A stretch of DNA of 64,000 nt from Tubiluchus corallicola (taxonomy: Eukaryota > Animalia > Priapulida), in the NCBI GenBank assembly GCA_030141605.1, contig JAQGDQ010000275.1, positions 1 to 64,000 on the forward strand. Reading direction: 5' to 3'. Both the position numbers and the translations under genes were made by a program. Every line of letters starts with the position of its first letter. Position 1 is the stretch's first letter. Shown in pieces: positions 26,426 to 40,225 of the stretch. The notes beneath the pieces were generated by a model that was not told where the DNA came from, ran no database searches, and was given only the letters and a program-made list of their open reading frames with translations.

Positions 26426-29400
26426 TTAGTAACATTAGTAAAACACAAATTTGACCTTGTGTTGAAAAAAAGTGGAATTTCTGGCTCACGAAGGAGAAGA
26501 AAAAGGGAAGGAGGCGGAGACAAGGAAAAAGCCAGTTTTTGTAGAACTGCTGTCCGCTGGTAGAAATCAGAAGAGACGCTTAGCTGGTCACAGAAACACA
26601 TTCCAGGAATGGATATGTCACGGTGGCAACACAATTGTTATATGCTAGTCGCGTCCATGGTTACATTGACCTAAAATCAAATCTAAGCTACTCAATCGAG
26701 TACCTCATTGCTCTGTAAACGCCAAGCGCGAACGCAATTATGCGCAAGGAATAATTTAATTTGATCGAAAATCAAGCCGAGGATTGAGTTATCCAACAGT
26801 CAGCTAACAAGTGACGGAGACTTACTCAATAATTCCCGACTAACAAGCTATTTACGCCTGTCCGGGAAGCCATCCTGGATACCGAGATACCGATAAATCA
26901 CATTTCGCTTCCTATTTCCGCATCCGGTTCTCAAGAGTTGTTTACGCGCATGAACGGATTCTTCAAAGCTCCGAAGTTCCCAACTTAGTGGCCAACAGAA
27001 GCCGAGGGTCAATAGGCGATTCCGCCCGAAATAGTAAATTAACGTTTGTACAACCGTTTAATTCCTGCTCTCCCTTTGGGGTTGCCACCACAAACTAAAA
27101 TTAGGACTCAAGTACAGGCTAAAAGTTCAGGGAAACCGACGCATTTCCTGTATTTTAGAAGGTTTATGAGGCCTTTTTTCAGAAACAATGGTCAAGAAAT
27201 TTAAACGACAAAATAGTACAATTTTTTCGTTTTAAACTTTAGTTTAAAAAGGCCTAACAATCTTTGCAAAAGCGCAAGCAAGCAGTACATCAATTTTTGG
27301 AGTTCCTTCCCAATCCCAATGCATTCCTCACATTTTTGAGGCTTTTGGGGATAGTGACCAAAATATTAATAACTTTGTGTTATGTGAATTAAAGTAAAGG
27401 CGCAGGATCTCATAAACTGAATTGCACTTGCCGCTGTAGCAGCCTTGCAGCAGAATGAGCAGATTAATTTGTTATCTTAACAGAGATTCTGCTGTTTTAG
27501 CTTAACCCTGTGCAAACTAATTTTCAACAGCCAGGCCAGTTGTATTTCGTTATTTTTCACTTTAATTTTAATGTGATGGCCGAAATCGGGACATCTCAGA
27601 ATTTTTCAAAAACCTGACCGAACTACGGATCGGTGGCTGAAATTCATGCGATTCCGGGCCAAATCAGTAGGCTTAGAAACCTTATCTCCCGTACTATGCC
27701 ATTGATTGACAACTTTTTGTTTGCAAGTGTTCGAAAATTGCCTCCAGGTGAATTGTTGTTAATGCAGTTTTAATTTCACAATAATTCATCCTACTCCTGT
27801 TAACTTGTCACAACTAATAGTGGACAAAATATTTAAAAGAGCAAGTTCCTTTGTCCCTCCAGCCTTACAAGTGGCTAGTACATTGCTAGACATATATAAC
27901 TGTGAATCAACGGCAGCTCGTGTGCTGTGGAACTGCAGCACCCCCTATTTTCACTAAATATTATCGATAATATTCAGTATAATAAGACTTTTTTCTTTAC
28001 CTCTTTCTTTATACTTGTACGAAACCAGAGCACATGGGGGTAGTACTGTTTGCTTCACAGCCCAGCACAGTGGTGTGTTCGGCTGTTGTGCGCATGCGGC
28101 CATCCGCACATATCTGAGATAACACACTGTACCCTGCACTGCTAGCGTCTGCTGCTAGGTAGAGAAAGTTCGCTCACACAGTTTGTTGTCAGTTGTTCAC
28201 GTGCTTAAAAACTGCGAACTGCGGCAGTTTAGGCTATTCGTAAGCAAAACATTTTTTGTTCAGGATTTTATCCAGTTTATGTACAAATTTTTGAATGTTT
28301 GTTTGTTGGAAATTACAACATTAAAATTACATATGTTTGTTTCGTTTTACACAGTAGCGACAGTATTGAAACAATGGCTAAAAGTTTTCTGAAGCTGCAC
28401 TCCCACTAGGTTGTTCGGGAAGAAGTTTTCCTCCAGTGTATTTCATTCCCACCTTGTTCTTTCCTTTCTTTTACGTTTGTACAGAAGTTCACCTGAGGGT
28501 CGAATCTCACATGCTGTGTTGCACGATGCTACTCTACACAAAAGCTATAGCTCAAAACAGTTATTGAGACAGAATATCAAGCACACGCTATACTCTTCAA
28601 TATACGTTAATTAAACCCACGAGAGCAATCTTTACTGGCAAAATCTCTCTCACACAGCGTTTCTTAATCACCCCGATGTAAAGAGAAATCAGCCTGTCTT
28701 GGCTTTACAACAGTCTGTCAACAGATCACACTTTACTTCTCAAATGAATCAATTTCGTACAGCCATGAAGGAAAATCTCTGTTCTCAGCTTCCGCATAGA
28801 ATGAAACACCGACCGTCTAGTGGATAATCATAGGAGGTACGAGCGACACTGATGCCTCAATTAGTTGCTTAATCAGACAGGTTTTGATCGCAGAATGAAA
28901 CGTTCAAGGCGATTTTTCACGATTACGCTTCGTGACAATTATTTCTGGTCGTACATAAGACAGGGTAGAGCAAAACTATACACCGAATGTTTTTTATGAT
29001 AAAACTCACTACTATACTGCTAATTTTAACTGTATAGTCGTGGGTTCAAATCTCAGCAGAGCCAATATTGGTTTTCATTTTCACAGTGAACACCCTCCCC
29101 GGACAGTTCAGCCGCGAGCTAAAATAATAAATTTATTTACGCCGTGAACGCCGTTTACATGGCGCTACCCATTTATATATGGAGTGATAGAAGTCCATGT
29201 CATGAACTCGCCAGGGAAGTAGACCTACTTTTTCAGGGTATCGTTTTGCAGGACTAAAATGTTTTGAATAAACATGAAACTGATATCAATAAACGTGAGG
29301 CGTCCCTAAGGATTCCCGGGTATTTCAAGCCACAGGGAAGTTGTAATTGAAAAGTGCAGGAGTTTTGGCCATCCAAGAGTTATCTGTGACTGTGAGAATT

Positions 29401-30701
29401 TTTTCAGCTAGACGGTTGAACTCTCACTCACGTTTCAAAGGCCCCTGGTTTGACAGTGAATAGCATCATGCATCATTACTACAGTGAAATACTTCGAATT
29501 AAATAAATGCAAATAAGTATGGTTATGAGACGACCCAACTAAATAAAAATTTTTTGTAATATCACTATAATTATCACGCAAATTGTTTATATATGTTGTT
29601 TACATAGCTGTTTATATACATGCATATTGTAACACTCCTTGTAAGAATTAGGATGTGCACCTTTCCTTGAAATGTGGAATGTTATTTTTACAGTTGCAAA
29701 TAAAAATCGAAAGATCTAATAGCGGAGCGTTAAATTTCAAATCAGTTGGAGCACGAGAACATGCAATTTTAACCAAATTAAAATTATTTAATTAATTAAA
29801 CAGCTGTAATTAATTAACTAATTGGTACAAATTCTTTATTTTGAACCAAGAGCATCCCATGCTAGTCATCTTATCGAACTTCTATTCAATTGTATCACGG
29901 GAACATGTAATTTAAGTCACTGTAGAAGGAATTAATCAAGCAGCTCTAATTAAATGAATAATGAGCGAATTGCTACATAGTTTTGCTGGGCTACCCTTTT
30001 GATGGGTAGTCAAGTTTTTTTCAAAATAGCATTCGCTCTTCATCAGCTGCAGAAGCACGTGTTAACACATGTTTTAAACAATTGCTAATACATGATACTA
30101 AAGCAACAAGCAGTGTAGCTTCCTTTACACATATCGAACAAAGTCTGAATCTCGAAGAACGCAAAGTCCCAATTTTCAAGAAGAAAAAATGAAATGAAAT
30201 CAATCTTCTTTCTCAATGACCTAAGCTTTACCAGAACAACGTTTGCTAAAACAAGTTTTTACTTATAAGCTTCATCCATTCTTACAGGAAGTTTTTTCCA
30301 ACACAAAGTACAACAAGCTGCCAAAGTCCAAGGTTCCAAGCAGCAGGCTGAACCAAATCTGGACTTGAACAGCTTATTTTCATAACAACCAGCACCACGT
30401 CGTCTGACGTCATGCGAACCGGAAAACAAATCATCTGCCGACTTCCTTAACATTGTACAATACACAGTAGTGAATGACGTCATTAATACGAAAGCCTAGC
30501 ATGATTAATCATAATATAATGAGACATCAAGTGGGCAAGGAAATGAAGTCTATAATCAGTTGTTATAAAGAATGACGCATGTATATATAGTTTTAGCACA
30601 GTGCGCAAGCACCCTCCACAGGCGAACAAGCTGTTTTTACATTAATATACGTTTATAATATTTATATTATGCCAATTTAAAAAGAAAACAATATACAATG
30701 C

Positions 30702-31069
30702 AATAAGCTTTTTCACAGTTCCGGCGATTGATGATGTTCGTGAAAAGGTCAAAGATTAAGTGTACCAGACAGTGCATTTGTGTGTACTTGACAACGCCTC
30801 GCAGCCCATGCTATTGTAATAATAATTAAGAAAAGGGACGAATGCTAGCTATAGGACCTTACCTAGTTCATTTTTCTTATTCCTAAGCAAGATCCCACAC
30901 AAACTAATGCATAATAAAGTCCACGTAAAACAACTGAAGTTGCTGAACTGGGTTTTCTTTACCCACATGACACGTGACGGTTGTAGCTAAGACGCGTTGC
31001 TGTGGTACACTTAACCTTTGACCTACAGCAACTGTGCGTGTGCACAACGAAACTGTGAAAAGTTTTATT
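30702..31069 (-). mobile_element. MITE family B copy, reverse orientation
   Basis: Same TIRs; interior is the reverse complement of 19947-20346. Confidence 0.85.
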
Positions 31070-31096
31070 GTTTTACTGATGAAGGCATTTGATATA

Positions 31097-31200
31097 CAGA
31101 GTGTCCCAGACGATTGAGTGCGGTAGAAACATGCTTACACTGGAATATGCATTTATACAAAAACCAAGATATGTGATATGAAAATAGGAATTGACGTCAA
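31097..31200 (+). mobile_element. Tc1/mariner-like terminal fragment; related copy at about 42289-42395
   Basis: TACAG(A/G)GTGT(C/T)CCAGACGA...TGGAATATGCAT...ATGTGATA...GGAATTG shared by both copies. Confidence 0.55.
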
Positions 31201-33085
31201 ACATATTGGTCTATCGCTCCGCCCCCGCTGCAACGTAAGCATACTTGGGACAACAGCTCACGCAGGACAACAATTGTCTATGCTAAACTAAACTGAACTA
31301 AACAAACTAAATAACATGACAGTCAAACTGATTGCTATTTTTCATAAACACAAATTTGCAGAGCAGCAGCTATAACTAAACGAACGAAATTAACACTTTT
31401 AGTAGCCAAAAAATGACTTTTCAATTTAAACAGAATGTAGAGACGAAGTTTCAAAGCACTACAAAATAAAGAAACTAAGCAAGTTCTCCTTGCTTTACAA
31501 TAAATGAGCAACAAAAATATTAAGTCTCTCTTGCCTTTTAAACATACGAACATCAAGCCTGCGATGTATTTTTCTATATTAATTGATCATGTGCTCGTCT
31601 GCAAGATTCATTAAGTTTTTGTATTTTTCCGTTCGTCAGGCTACGGAAATGGAATAAACTTGACTGTTCTATTCCATAGACACCATTATATTGAATGCCC
31701 GAATCACGTAAGTCCCAATGGTATCTTTTAACCATGATTATAACCAGAAAAATAGCATAAAATTAGTTAATATTATATTGATGTATGATATAGGTTTGGA
31801 CTGTGAAGATTTCATTGAGGTTTATAAAAACTGGCTAGAAAAGACAGCATTTCGTTTTGCCCTTATTTAAAGTTAATCAAATAGTCGTTTTTATCTAACT
31901 TGCAAAGCCATAAACTAAACTAAACTGCGCATTTTCTTAATTGCAAAATGGTTTAATCAGCAACTCATAGACGTAAGCGTTGTGCATTTCTTCCTATAAA
32001 CGAAACTAGACTATATATTTCACTAATTCACTTGCAATTTCAATTGACAATAATAAAATCTAGGACCAAGCCAATATTTCTCCCGCTAACTAATGAAAAG
32101 TTGAGCATTTTTCATTACAATGTTAGACGGAGCTGTAGCTAGATGTCCCGAACGTACCTGCTGCAGGGATGTTGAAATAACTTGCAAGCTGATTGGGTAG
32201 TCAGCGAAAATGATTGACATTATGTTAGACGTCATTATGAAAGTAAAATTGTCTTTACGTCATTATGATAAAATGCGGAAGTCTATGGTGACACTCTTCT
32301 GCAGTTTAATCAACATATTTCAGTATAGCAGCTTACTTGTGCTGCACTGTTTTTTGGAACTCCCTGTATTATAACGACTAACTGAATATGCATTAAAAAA
32401 TACTTTTACAAGTCGTGGAAAAATTCAAAAAAGTAAGCAACAGCTACAAAAAACCTAAAACTTTTGCAGTACATGCATAACTCTTTCAACATAATTACCA
32501 CAGATGAAGAAAAAATGTTTAGTTTCGGCTGGGATTCGATAAAAGAGCTTAGATTTAATGAAATCCGTACAATCTGTTTATTCTAATTAACTTTGATGTT
32601 TTATATGTTATCTGCTGATGAGCTACCTAATTCTGCCAAAAATCTTCTGTATCTCATGCAGTCTCTTTAAATAATTCTAACCATTTTATCATCTCGCGCC
32701 TTACCATCTTTTTTACGCCTCAACTTTTTTCATCGCATGTGACCAAATCACCATTAAGATATGGAAAAATATTATTAACACCTGCAGAATAAATGCCAAG
32801 GCCTCTCTTACTTACCTTTGTTAGTTATACGCAACGAGGGTTTACACAGTGATGCCTGTGGTTTGCACAGTTTATAAAAACACGTAAAATTGTAATGAAC
32901 AACACGAAAACTAAACGCGTACGCAAATTACCAACTGCACATCCGACAGCCTTTCAACACATTTTTTCTTGTAGGAGAATCTTTTCGTCGGTGCGTTGTC
33001 TAGTTAAGCGAGACATGCTAATGACACAGCAACATAGGGAAGCCAGCAGAGGCAGTGTGAAGCCACGTGTGAAGCCAATGCACAC

Positions 33086-33086
33086 G

Positions 33087-33163
<77 letters not shown>

Positions 33164-33165
33164 AG

Positions 33166-33237
<72 letters not shown>
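33086..33237. repeat. (GA)n microsatellite
   Basis: Direct reading. Confidence 0.98.
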
Positions 33238-33241
<4 letters not shown>

Positions 33242-34370
33242 AAAAAGAGAAAAGACTTACTGAAAGCAGCCACAAACCGAGAGAAAAGATTTTTCGCAAG
33301 TATCTAAAGGGAATTCCTAAAAATCCTTAGGGGCAGGCCCCACTACACATGAAAAAACAGTGATTCCGCAAAAAGACATCCCTGTGATGAATAAAAAAAG
33401 ACGAACCTTCTGTTCATCAATAATGTTAAAAGTCAGTTAGTCGTCAACAGGCTAACAAATGCAAAATGACAAGTGCAAATATCAGGATTACATGCGAATC
33501 TACTAGTGTCCAAATAATACAGGAGAATGTTCTACTTTTATGACAGTAAGTAATGTGAAAATAACAATATTACAAGATTAAAAAAGTTTGTGTTTGTAGT
33601 TTATAGTTGCTGTTTGTTGTTGTTTATTGCTGCGGTGGATGTGTGGCTCGTGATGATTGCATGTGAACAGCCGAGAGGGCATAGCAAATTAACACAGCTT
33701 TGAAAATTTCAAACACACTCTCTTTACTACATGTAAATTCATTAGGTGAGTCTAATGGAATGACGCAGTTATTGAAATTTTGAAATCGTCGAACTTGACG
33801 TTGCTGACAGAAGAGGTATGACAGGAGTTCAATCCAACTTTTTTCTGTGGTTATCTAAAGTTATTACAAACTTAACTAGGTTACAAACTAGGTTACAATG
33901 CAAATATAGGTTGTTCAGATGTAAGAGAATGTATGTAATTTAAAGCCTTGTAAAAACTAGCCGTGTAAAAGTCATCTTATTCACTGAGTTTAAACAACAT
34001 GTCCAGTCTTACAGGCCATTAAATCTCATTCTTCATAATTAACAACACTAAAATTGTTCTTGGATGAATTCCCAAATAGTTTGGATAGGCCAAGAGTGTA
34101 AAACCCATTCAGGGGTTTTTCCCCGGTACATAGTTTTCGTGCAAATTAAGGCATATACCTGTTTCGCATTGTAGCTGCACACAGTAATCAGCTTTGTTGA
34201 TATGTAAACTGTATCATAAAATTCTAGCATAATAAGCTAAAATGTGATTTATTTACAACTAAGATACTTATATTTACATTATACTAACTTAGAATGTGAA
34301 GTAGAGCTAACTTATAACATTGTCGTTTTTCATCAGCAGTTCGGCTTATTATCATTTGCCATAACGTTTT

Positions 34371-34748
34371 AATAAGCCATTTCACGTGCAGTTACTGCAG
34401 GCCAAAGGTTAAGCATACCACAGCAACGTGTCTTAGCTACATTTGTCACGTGACGTGTGTGTAAAGCAAAGGCGTCTTGAGCACGAGTTCAGTAACTTCA
34501 GCTGTTTTACGTGGACTTTACTTAGGCATGCATTAGTCTGCGCGTAAAGTGATTTACTAGTAGGATCTTGCATGGGAACAAGAAAAAAATGAAGTAGATA
34601 AGATAAGGTTCACAGCTAGCTGTTAAAACTGTTAGTATTACAATAACTTGGTCGCGAGGCGCTGTCAAGTGTATGCTTTGTCGGGCACACTTGACCTTTT
34701 TACTTTTCACGATCATCATCAATCGCTGGAACTGTGAAAAGGCTTATT
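34371..34748 (+). mobile_element. MITE family B copy
   Basis: AATAAGCCATTTCAC...AACTGTGAAAAGGCTTATT; interior colinear with 19947-20346. Confidence 0.85.
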
Positions 34749-35127
34749 CTCTTAATAATTATTACCAGTCTTTCGCCGAAAGACTTGCAGGTTATTTAGG
34801 CAACATTTCTTTGTTGTTGTTACGTATATTTGCTTATGTTGCTTATGTCGTTTTTTATTACACTCATTTCTCAAACAAAAACATTATTTGTTTATTCAAT
34901 GTTGTAGCAAGGTCAAGGAGTGACAAACTGCAATTAAATTAGCAAGCGGTGTTATGAAACAACAAAATAAGTGAAGAAGCGAAGTCCAGTTTCTGCAAAT
35001 AAGCACGACATTTGATATTCCTCTGCTTACAGTCTTCATAATTTCATATTTATTTAAAATAAGGTACAGTAATCAGGTAGCAGGTAAAATAATAACAACA
35101 ATAGCGACAACTGCAACTGCAATCCCA

Positions 35128-35269
<142 letters not shown>

Positions 35270-35864
35270 GAATTTAAATAAATGTCACAGTGAGTGGCAC
35301 AACTGACAGTATTATCTTGAAAGTTGTATAAGAGAAATTTGCACGGAAAATATACCGAGTGTGTTACTTGTTTTTATTGTCTTGTGTTCATGAAGAACAG
35401 AGATCAGATCGGGAACAAACATGGCAGAATCTAGAGTTAGATTTTCTAAGACAATTTTGTATGAAAATTTAATAACCTAAATTGTTATATTATAACCTAA
35501 GAACGTGTCTGTATTTGCAACATGTAGACAAACTGCAAATCTACATTACTGTATACCACCAAATAAAGGTATTTTTGTATACCTTTTTTCAGAGCTGATA
35601 CTCCTTTTTTCAGAATGTTGCACAATTGATGTAATTTTTTATTATAATTCATTTCTCAAACAAAGACGTTATTTGCACTCGCTTTTGTTATTCACTTAAA
35701 ATTATTTTGGCTACACTTTTTAGATAGGCTTGATTGTCCAACTACATGGGGCAACTCATGCAATAATTAATATGGGCACCACTGAGCATCATCTATGAAA
35801 TAACACTTATTTCTTATTGCAAGCCTTTGCAAAATCACCATACCTTTTGCATTAAGAAAATCTT

Positions 35865-35991
35865 ACACACACGCACGCACGCACGCACGCACGCACGCAC
35901 ACGCACACACGCACGCGCGCGCGCACGCACACACGCACGCACGCACGCACACACACACGCGCGCGCGCACGCACACACACACGCACGCACG

Positions 35992-36040
<49 letters not shown>

Positions 36041-36074
36041 GCGCGCGCGCACACGCACGCACGCACACACACAC
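35865..36074. repeat. (CA/CG)n alternating purine-pyrimidine tract
   Basis: Mix of CA, CACG and CG units. Confidence 0.97.
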
Positions 36075-38155
36075 AGAGTGTGTATAATTTAGCTGTGTAA
36101 GTAAGAACAATCAGCTTACCCAAATGTCGTACCTGGAAGAAAAGACTTAACCGGCACATGTGCGGCAAAGACTGTGAAACGAGCTTGGACGAGACACGCG
36201 TCAGTAAAGTTCAGCCATTCTTTTTATCTACGTTTGCTTATATTGTTTTTTGTTTATTATTTTGTTTACCTTATTAAAAAATATTACTTTGTCAATTTAT
36301 TTAGCTCGAGTGGGCTCACTAGTTCAGACCTAACACCGGCACCAACACCCTGTGTTCCGTTTTTCTCGTGTAAATTTTGTATAGCACAACAGTATCATGG
36401 TCAGTGAGTCATTGACAAATGTAAGAAAAGTCCCTTGGTTAAAATTCTTGGAAAAGCCAACTGTATTCAGTTAGTCAGCTCTCAAACACGCTAGCCGGTT
36501 ATACGGTCGTGGCCAACATTTAATCATCACACGCTAACCCATTTTTTGAATGCCACAAGCACGCCCGTGCATAAAACGCGAAATCACTGATCCGATGGCA
36601 GGAATCGTAAAAACCACGTGTTTGTTAGCTTTTTGAACTGCGTTGCGACTTTGTATTTTTGCAAGGAAATGAACTTTGAACTTAATTGCAGAATAGCAAG
36701 TGTAAACAACAGATTTTGTATTTTGGGCTACGTTTATAAACTTATCTCGTCTCTTGCTGTAAACAGATCTGCTGACTCTAGGTACTGTAGAATACGTTAC
36801 AAAGAGTTAAATTTTGAGGTGTCCACGCCTACTTGAGAGTTAAGTGAAAAGATATAAAAAAAATGGCACACTTATAAAATATGAGATTAGGATTAGGGTT
36901 TACTGCGGAGGATAGTTATTTTAGTAGGGTACAAGAAAGATGCATTTTGACAGGTTCCTGGGCGATCGTGAGGTAAAAAATGTCAATATGGTAGCTTTGC
37001 TTATTCATGTAAATAGTCTTATAAGCTGACTTTGTATGCTGTAAGTGCACTTGTCAGTCTATTAACACAGCCAACCAGTTAGACAAACTCGTACATTACA
37101 ATGTTCGTACGTTATTGATTATAATTCAATGAATGTTCATTGATTTTAATGAACAAAATATTTTGTGAGTCTTTTGCTAGTCTATAATACTTATACAAGT
37201 ATATTTTTCAATGGTTGCTTGTCTATTTTTTTGTTTTATGTTTTTTCCTATCAAAAGAATCAGACTTTGTTCGACCTTTACTAAGCTTTGCTACCCACTT
37301 AGCGCATTCTAGTTTTATTACAAAACAATTGCATCAAAATACGTGTCATTCTTTCCTAATCTTCCTGTTGTGCTATTTTCCTTTTGCATTTTATCTTCAT
37401 TCCTTTTGTGACAATTCCTGCTTTCCATTTCGAAACCTGCACTATGGCCAAAATTCATAATGCCAGTGACTTTGGAAATAAACCGAGGTGCCCCTATATC
37501 GTTGATTACAAAAGGGGCTACTAGCCATAAAAACGAAGAGCTTTAACCACAGGAAGTTGGCAATTTAGTTTAACAATTTATTATACAAGAAAATCCTTGC
37601 ATTGGTCATTGACATCACATTTCAATGGACTCCAGGGCTTGAAATTTGATTCTTACTTCAACTTTCCTTCCATAACTTCTTAAAACGTTCTTTGAATTTC
37701 CAGAATTTAAAACACTTTCCAGTTTTTCAATCGATCTCTGCTTAAAACTTTGATGATCAATTTCTTTCAGTTTGGTGTAAACATTTAGTTTGCCATCTTT
37801 CTTATTTACTTTCAAGATTTTTCAACGATTCTAAAAGAACATAAAATCTTAAAATGCACGTATATGATAAAAGTCTAACAAAAATATTGGCGTGAAAACA
37901 TTTAAAATCTTTGAGCATTGTTTAAGTTTTCTCTCAGACTTTCATGGTTGAATTACATTTGTTCATTAGTCAGTCTAATCGCCATTGATTAATTACATTT
38001 CGAACTTTCTCTGCTTTTTCTTGTTTTTTTTTCTGCAGCAGCCGCTCTTGAGTTTGTTTTTTCGCTTAATATAACTTTTACATTTAATTATCCTCAGTAC
38101 GTCATCACAGTACCACTTCATGAGTGTTCTGTTATAACATTTCCAGTCCCGTGAT

Positions 38156-38520
38156 GTCCTATTCTGAACTGTCCTCTCCTGTCCTGGCATGATCTTCCTA
38201 TATTATCCTATTCTGAAATGTCCTTTCCTGTCCTAGCATGATCTTCCTGTATAGTCCTATTCTGAACTGTCTTCTCCTGTCCTAGCATGATCTTCCTATA
38301 TAGTCCTATTCTGAACTGTCCTCTCCTGTCCTAGCATGATCTTCCTATATAGTCCTATTCTGAACTGTCCTCTCCTGTCCTAAAGTGATCTTCCTGTTTA
38401 GTCCTATTCTGAAATGTCCTTTCCTGTCCTAACATGATCTTCCTATATAGTCCTATTCTGAAATGTCCTTTCCTGTCCTAGCATGATCTTCCTATATAGT
38501 CCTATTCTGACTTGTCCTGT
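38156..38520. repeat. 49-bp minisatellite, about 7.5 copies (unrelated to 448-1644)
   Basis: Unit GTCCTATTCTGAACTGTCCTCTCCTGTCCTAGCATGATCTTCCTATATA; ATTCTGA at 38161, 38210, 38259. Confidence 0.95.
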
Positions 38521-39974
38521 CTTACCTTCCCTTAGTAGTCAGTTCTAGAGTTAAGATTTTCAAATTTTACTCGGAGCTACTAGTACCATGAACTTTGCGT
38601 AAGACTACATGTGAGTGATGTAGAATTTATATGTTTTAAAGTCGTGTGTGAAAATTCACTGATTTCATTATTTAAATCAAAAATGATGGGTATCATGATG
38701 ATTAATGATGGTAACATAAACAAAAATCTGGAAATAGCATTAAAATAACCTTGTCAGTTTGATGTTTCATAAATCCATTTCCTTCTGAATAGCAAAAATT
38801 AACGCACGTATGCCCATGAATGCAATTTTGACGTTACAGTTTTGGTCTTTGTCCACATTAATGACAATACGACATTGACCCGCAAGAGCTCATGTGAACT
38901 GGTACACGGGTTACGGACTGCAGACACGTTACTCATTGCTCCAAAAATGCAGACTCGGCATTTGACAGAAATCGCCCGGAGCATGGGTCAGGTGTGCATG
39001 TGTGTGTATAGCCCCATTCTTGACTTTTACAACCTTTGAATCTATAGACATTTGAGACAAAATGCGAGACGCCAGAGTGCAGAATTCTCAAAGCAAACTT
39101 AACCAAAATGCAAGTTGGCCTGTAACTGAAACCTGAGAACGGAGCATTAAGAAATTCGTAGTTTAGTCAAAGGGGAAGAAAAGGGAATTTTAAAATTTAT
39201 CCCAAAGAACTTTCCATGCAAAGTTGTAGTTGTTAGTATTACATTTACGTGTTTGAAAGACTTACGTAGTTGGAAAACATTGCATCACCATCATAGTGTT
39301 CACCACTGATTCACCAAAAAGCCTATATCTCATGTTTCTCTCTCTCTCTCTGTCTCTTTCTCTCTCTCTCTGTCTTCGCTCTCTTTCTCTCTCTTTTTTC
39401 TTTCTTTTCTACTCTTTCTTTTTCCGTTTCTTTCTTTTTCTCTCTCTCTTTCTCTTTCTCTCCCACTCCCTCTCTACGGTACCGAGTTCTAATATAGGAT
39501 TCGGGGATTATACAAAATTATCCAGAGAAACGCTCATTCTGGACATTGGAAACATGAATTCTGTATTCACTGGCAAGGCCTACTCGTCACGAATACTTAT
39601 GGCGAGACCGGAACCCAACTAATTACTGAGTTTATCCCGACGATGAGCCAGATAATCTCTCTATCACTATTTAAAAAATGTGAATGAGCACGTGTGTTTA
39701 AGAAAACAACTTATCATACAACCGCCAATCGAAGCCTAGTTGTAATGTTAACCACACCAATATTACCTCAGGCAGGTAATAGACATATCATGACATATCA
39801 TAATAATAATGTCAAAAGCTCCCTATAATTACCCTCGCTTCAGTGAATGGTTAGTTTTTGTAGGGTTGCCAAGATCATTGGAACAGACGCGCCCTATAAT
39901 TACACAGCCATTTTTTCTTTTTGTAAAACGTAGAACAAGCTTAATTGCTAGCATGTTTTATGGGCACGTCAAGG

Positions 39975-39975
39975 T

Positions 39976-40007
<32 letters not shown>

Positions 40008-40049
40008 CAGCGCGAGAAAGAAAGAGGGAGAAAGAGAAACAGAGAGAGC

Positions 40050-40102
<53 letters not shown>

Positions 40103-40225
40103 GAGAGAATGGAAAGAGAGAGCTAGAAGAAAAAGATAGAGAAAGGGAGAGAGAAGAAGGAATCGGGGAGAGAGAGAAAGAGCGAGAAAGTAAGAGAATT
40201 AGAGAGACAGTTAGAGAGAGAGAGG
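39975..40225. repeat. GA-rich low-complexity tract (CT-rich tract also at 39335-39475)
   Basis: Direct reading. Confidence 0.9.

Noticed and set aside
28411-28500. FHSHLVLSFLLRL resembling class B GPCR TM2 (IHxHL..SF.LR)
   Set aside because: Lacks the preceding LxCxR motif and spacing, turns polar straight after LRLY, has no suitable donor; better explained as a polypyrimidine tract
29035-29085. B-box-like GGTTCAAATC as a tRNA gene
   Set aside because: No A box or cloverleaf; at most a decayed SINE fragment
36120-36225. Minus-strand WLNFTDAC resembling the ECD-terminal WxNYxxC
   Set aside because: Spacing is wrong and there is no acceptor or TM1-like sequence after it
38156-38520. Same 49-bp period as the array at 448-1644 (3 x 49 = 147 bp)
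   Set aside because: The sequences are unrelated and two arrays cannot support a nucleosome-phasing claim
38840-38991. Open frame bounded by AG and GT (LVFVHINDNTT...SMGQ)
   Set aside because: Weak splice context and no recognisable similarity to FGD PH or GPCR segments
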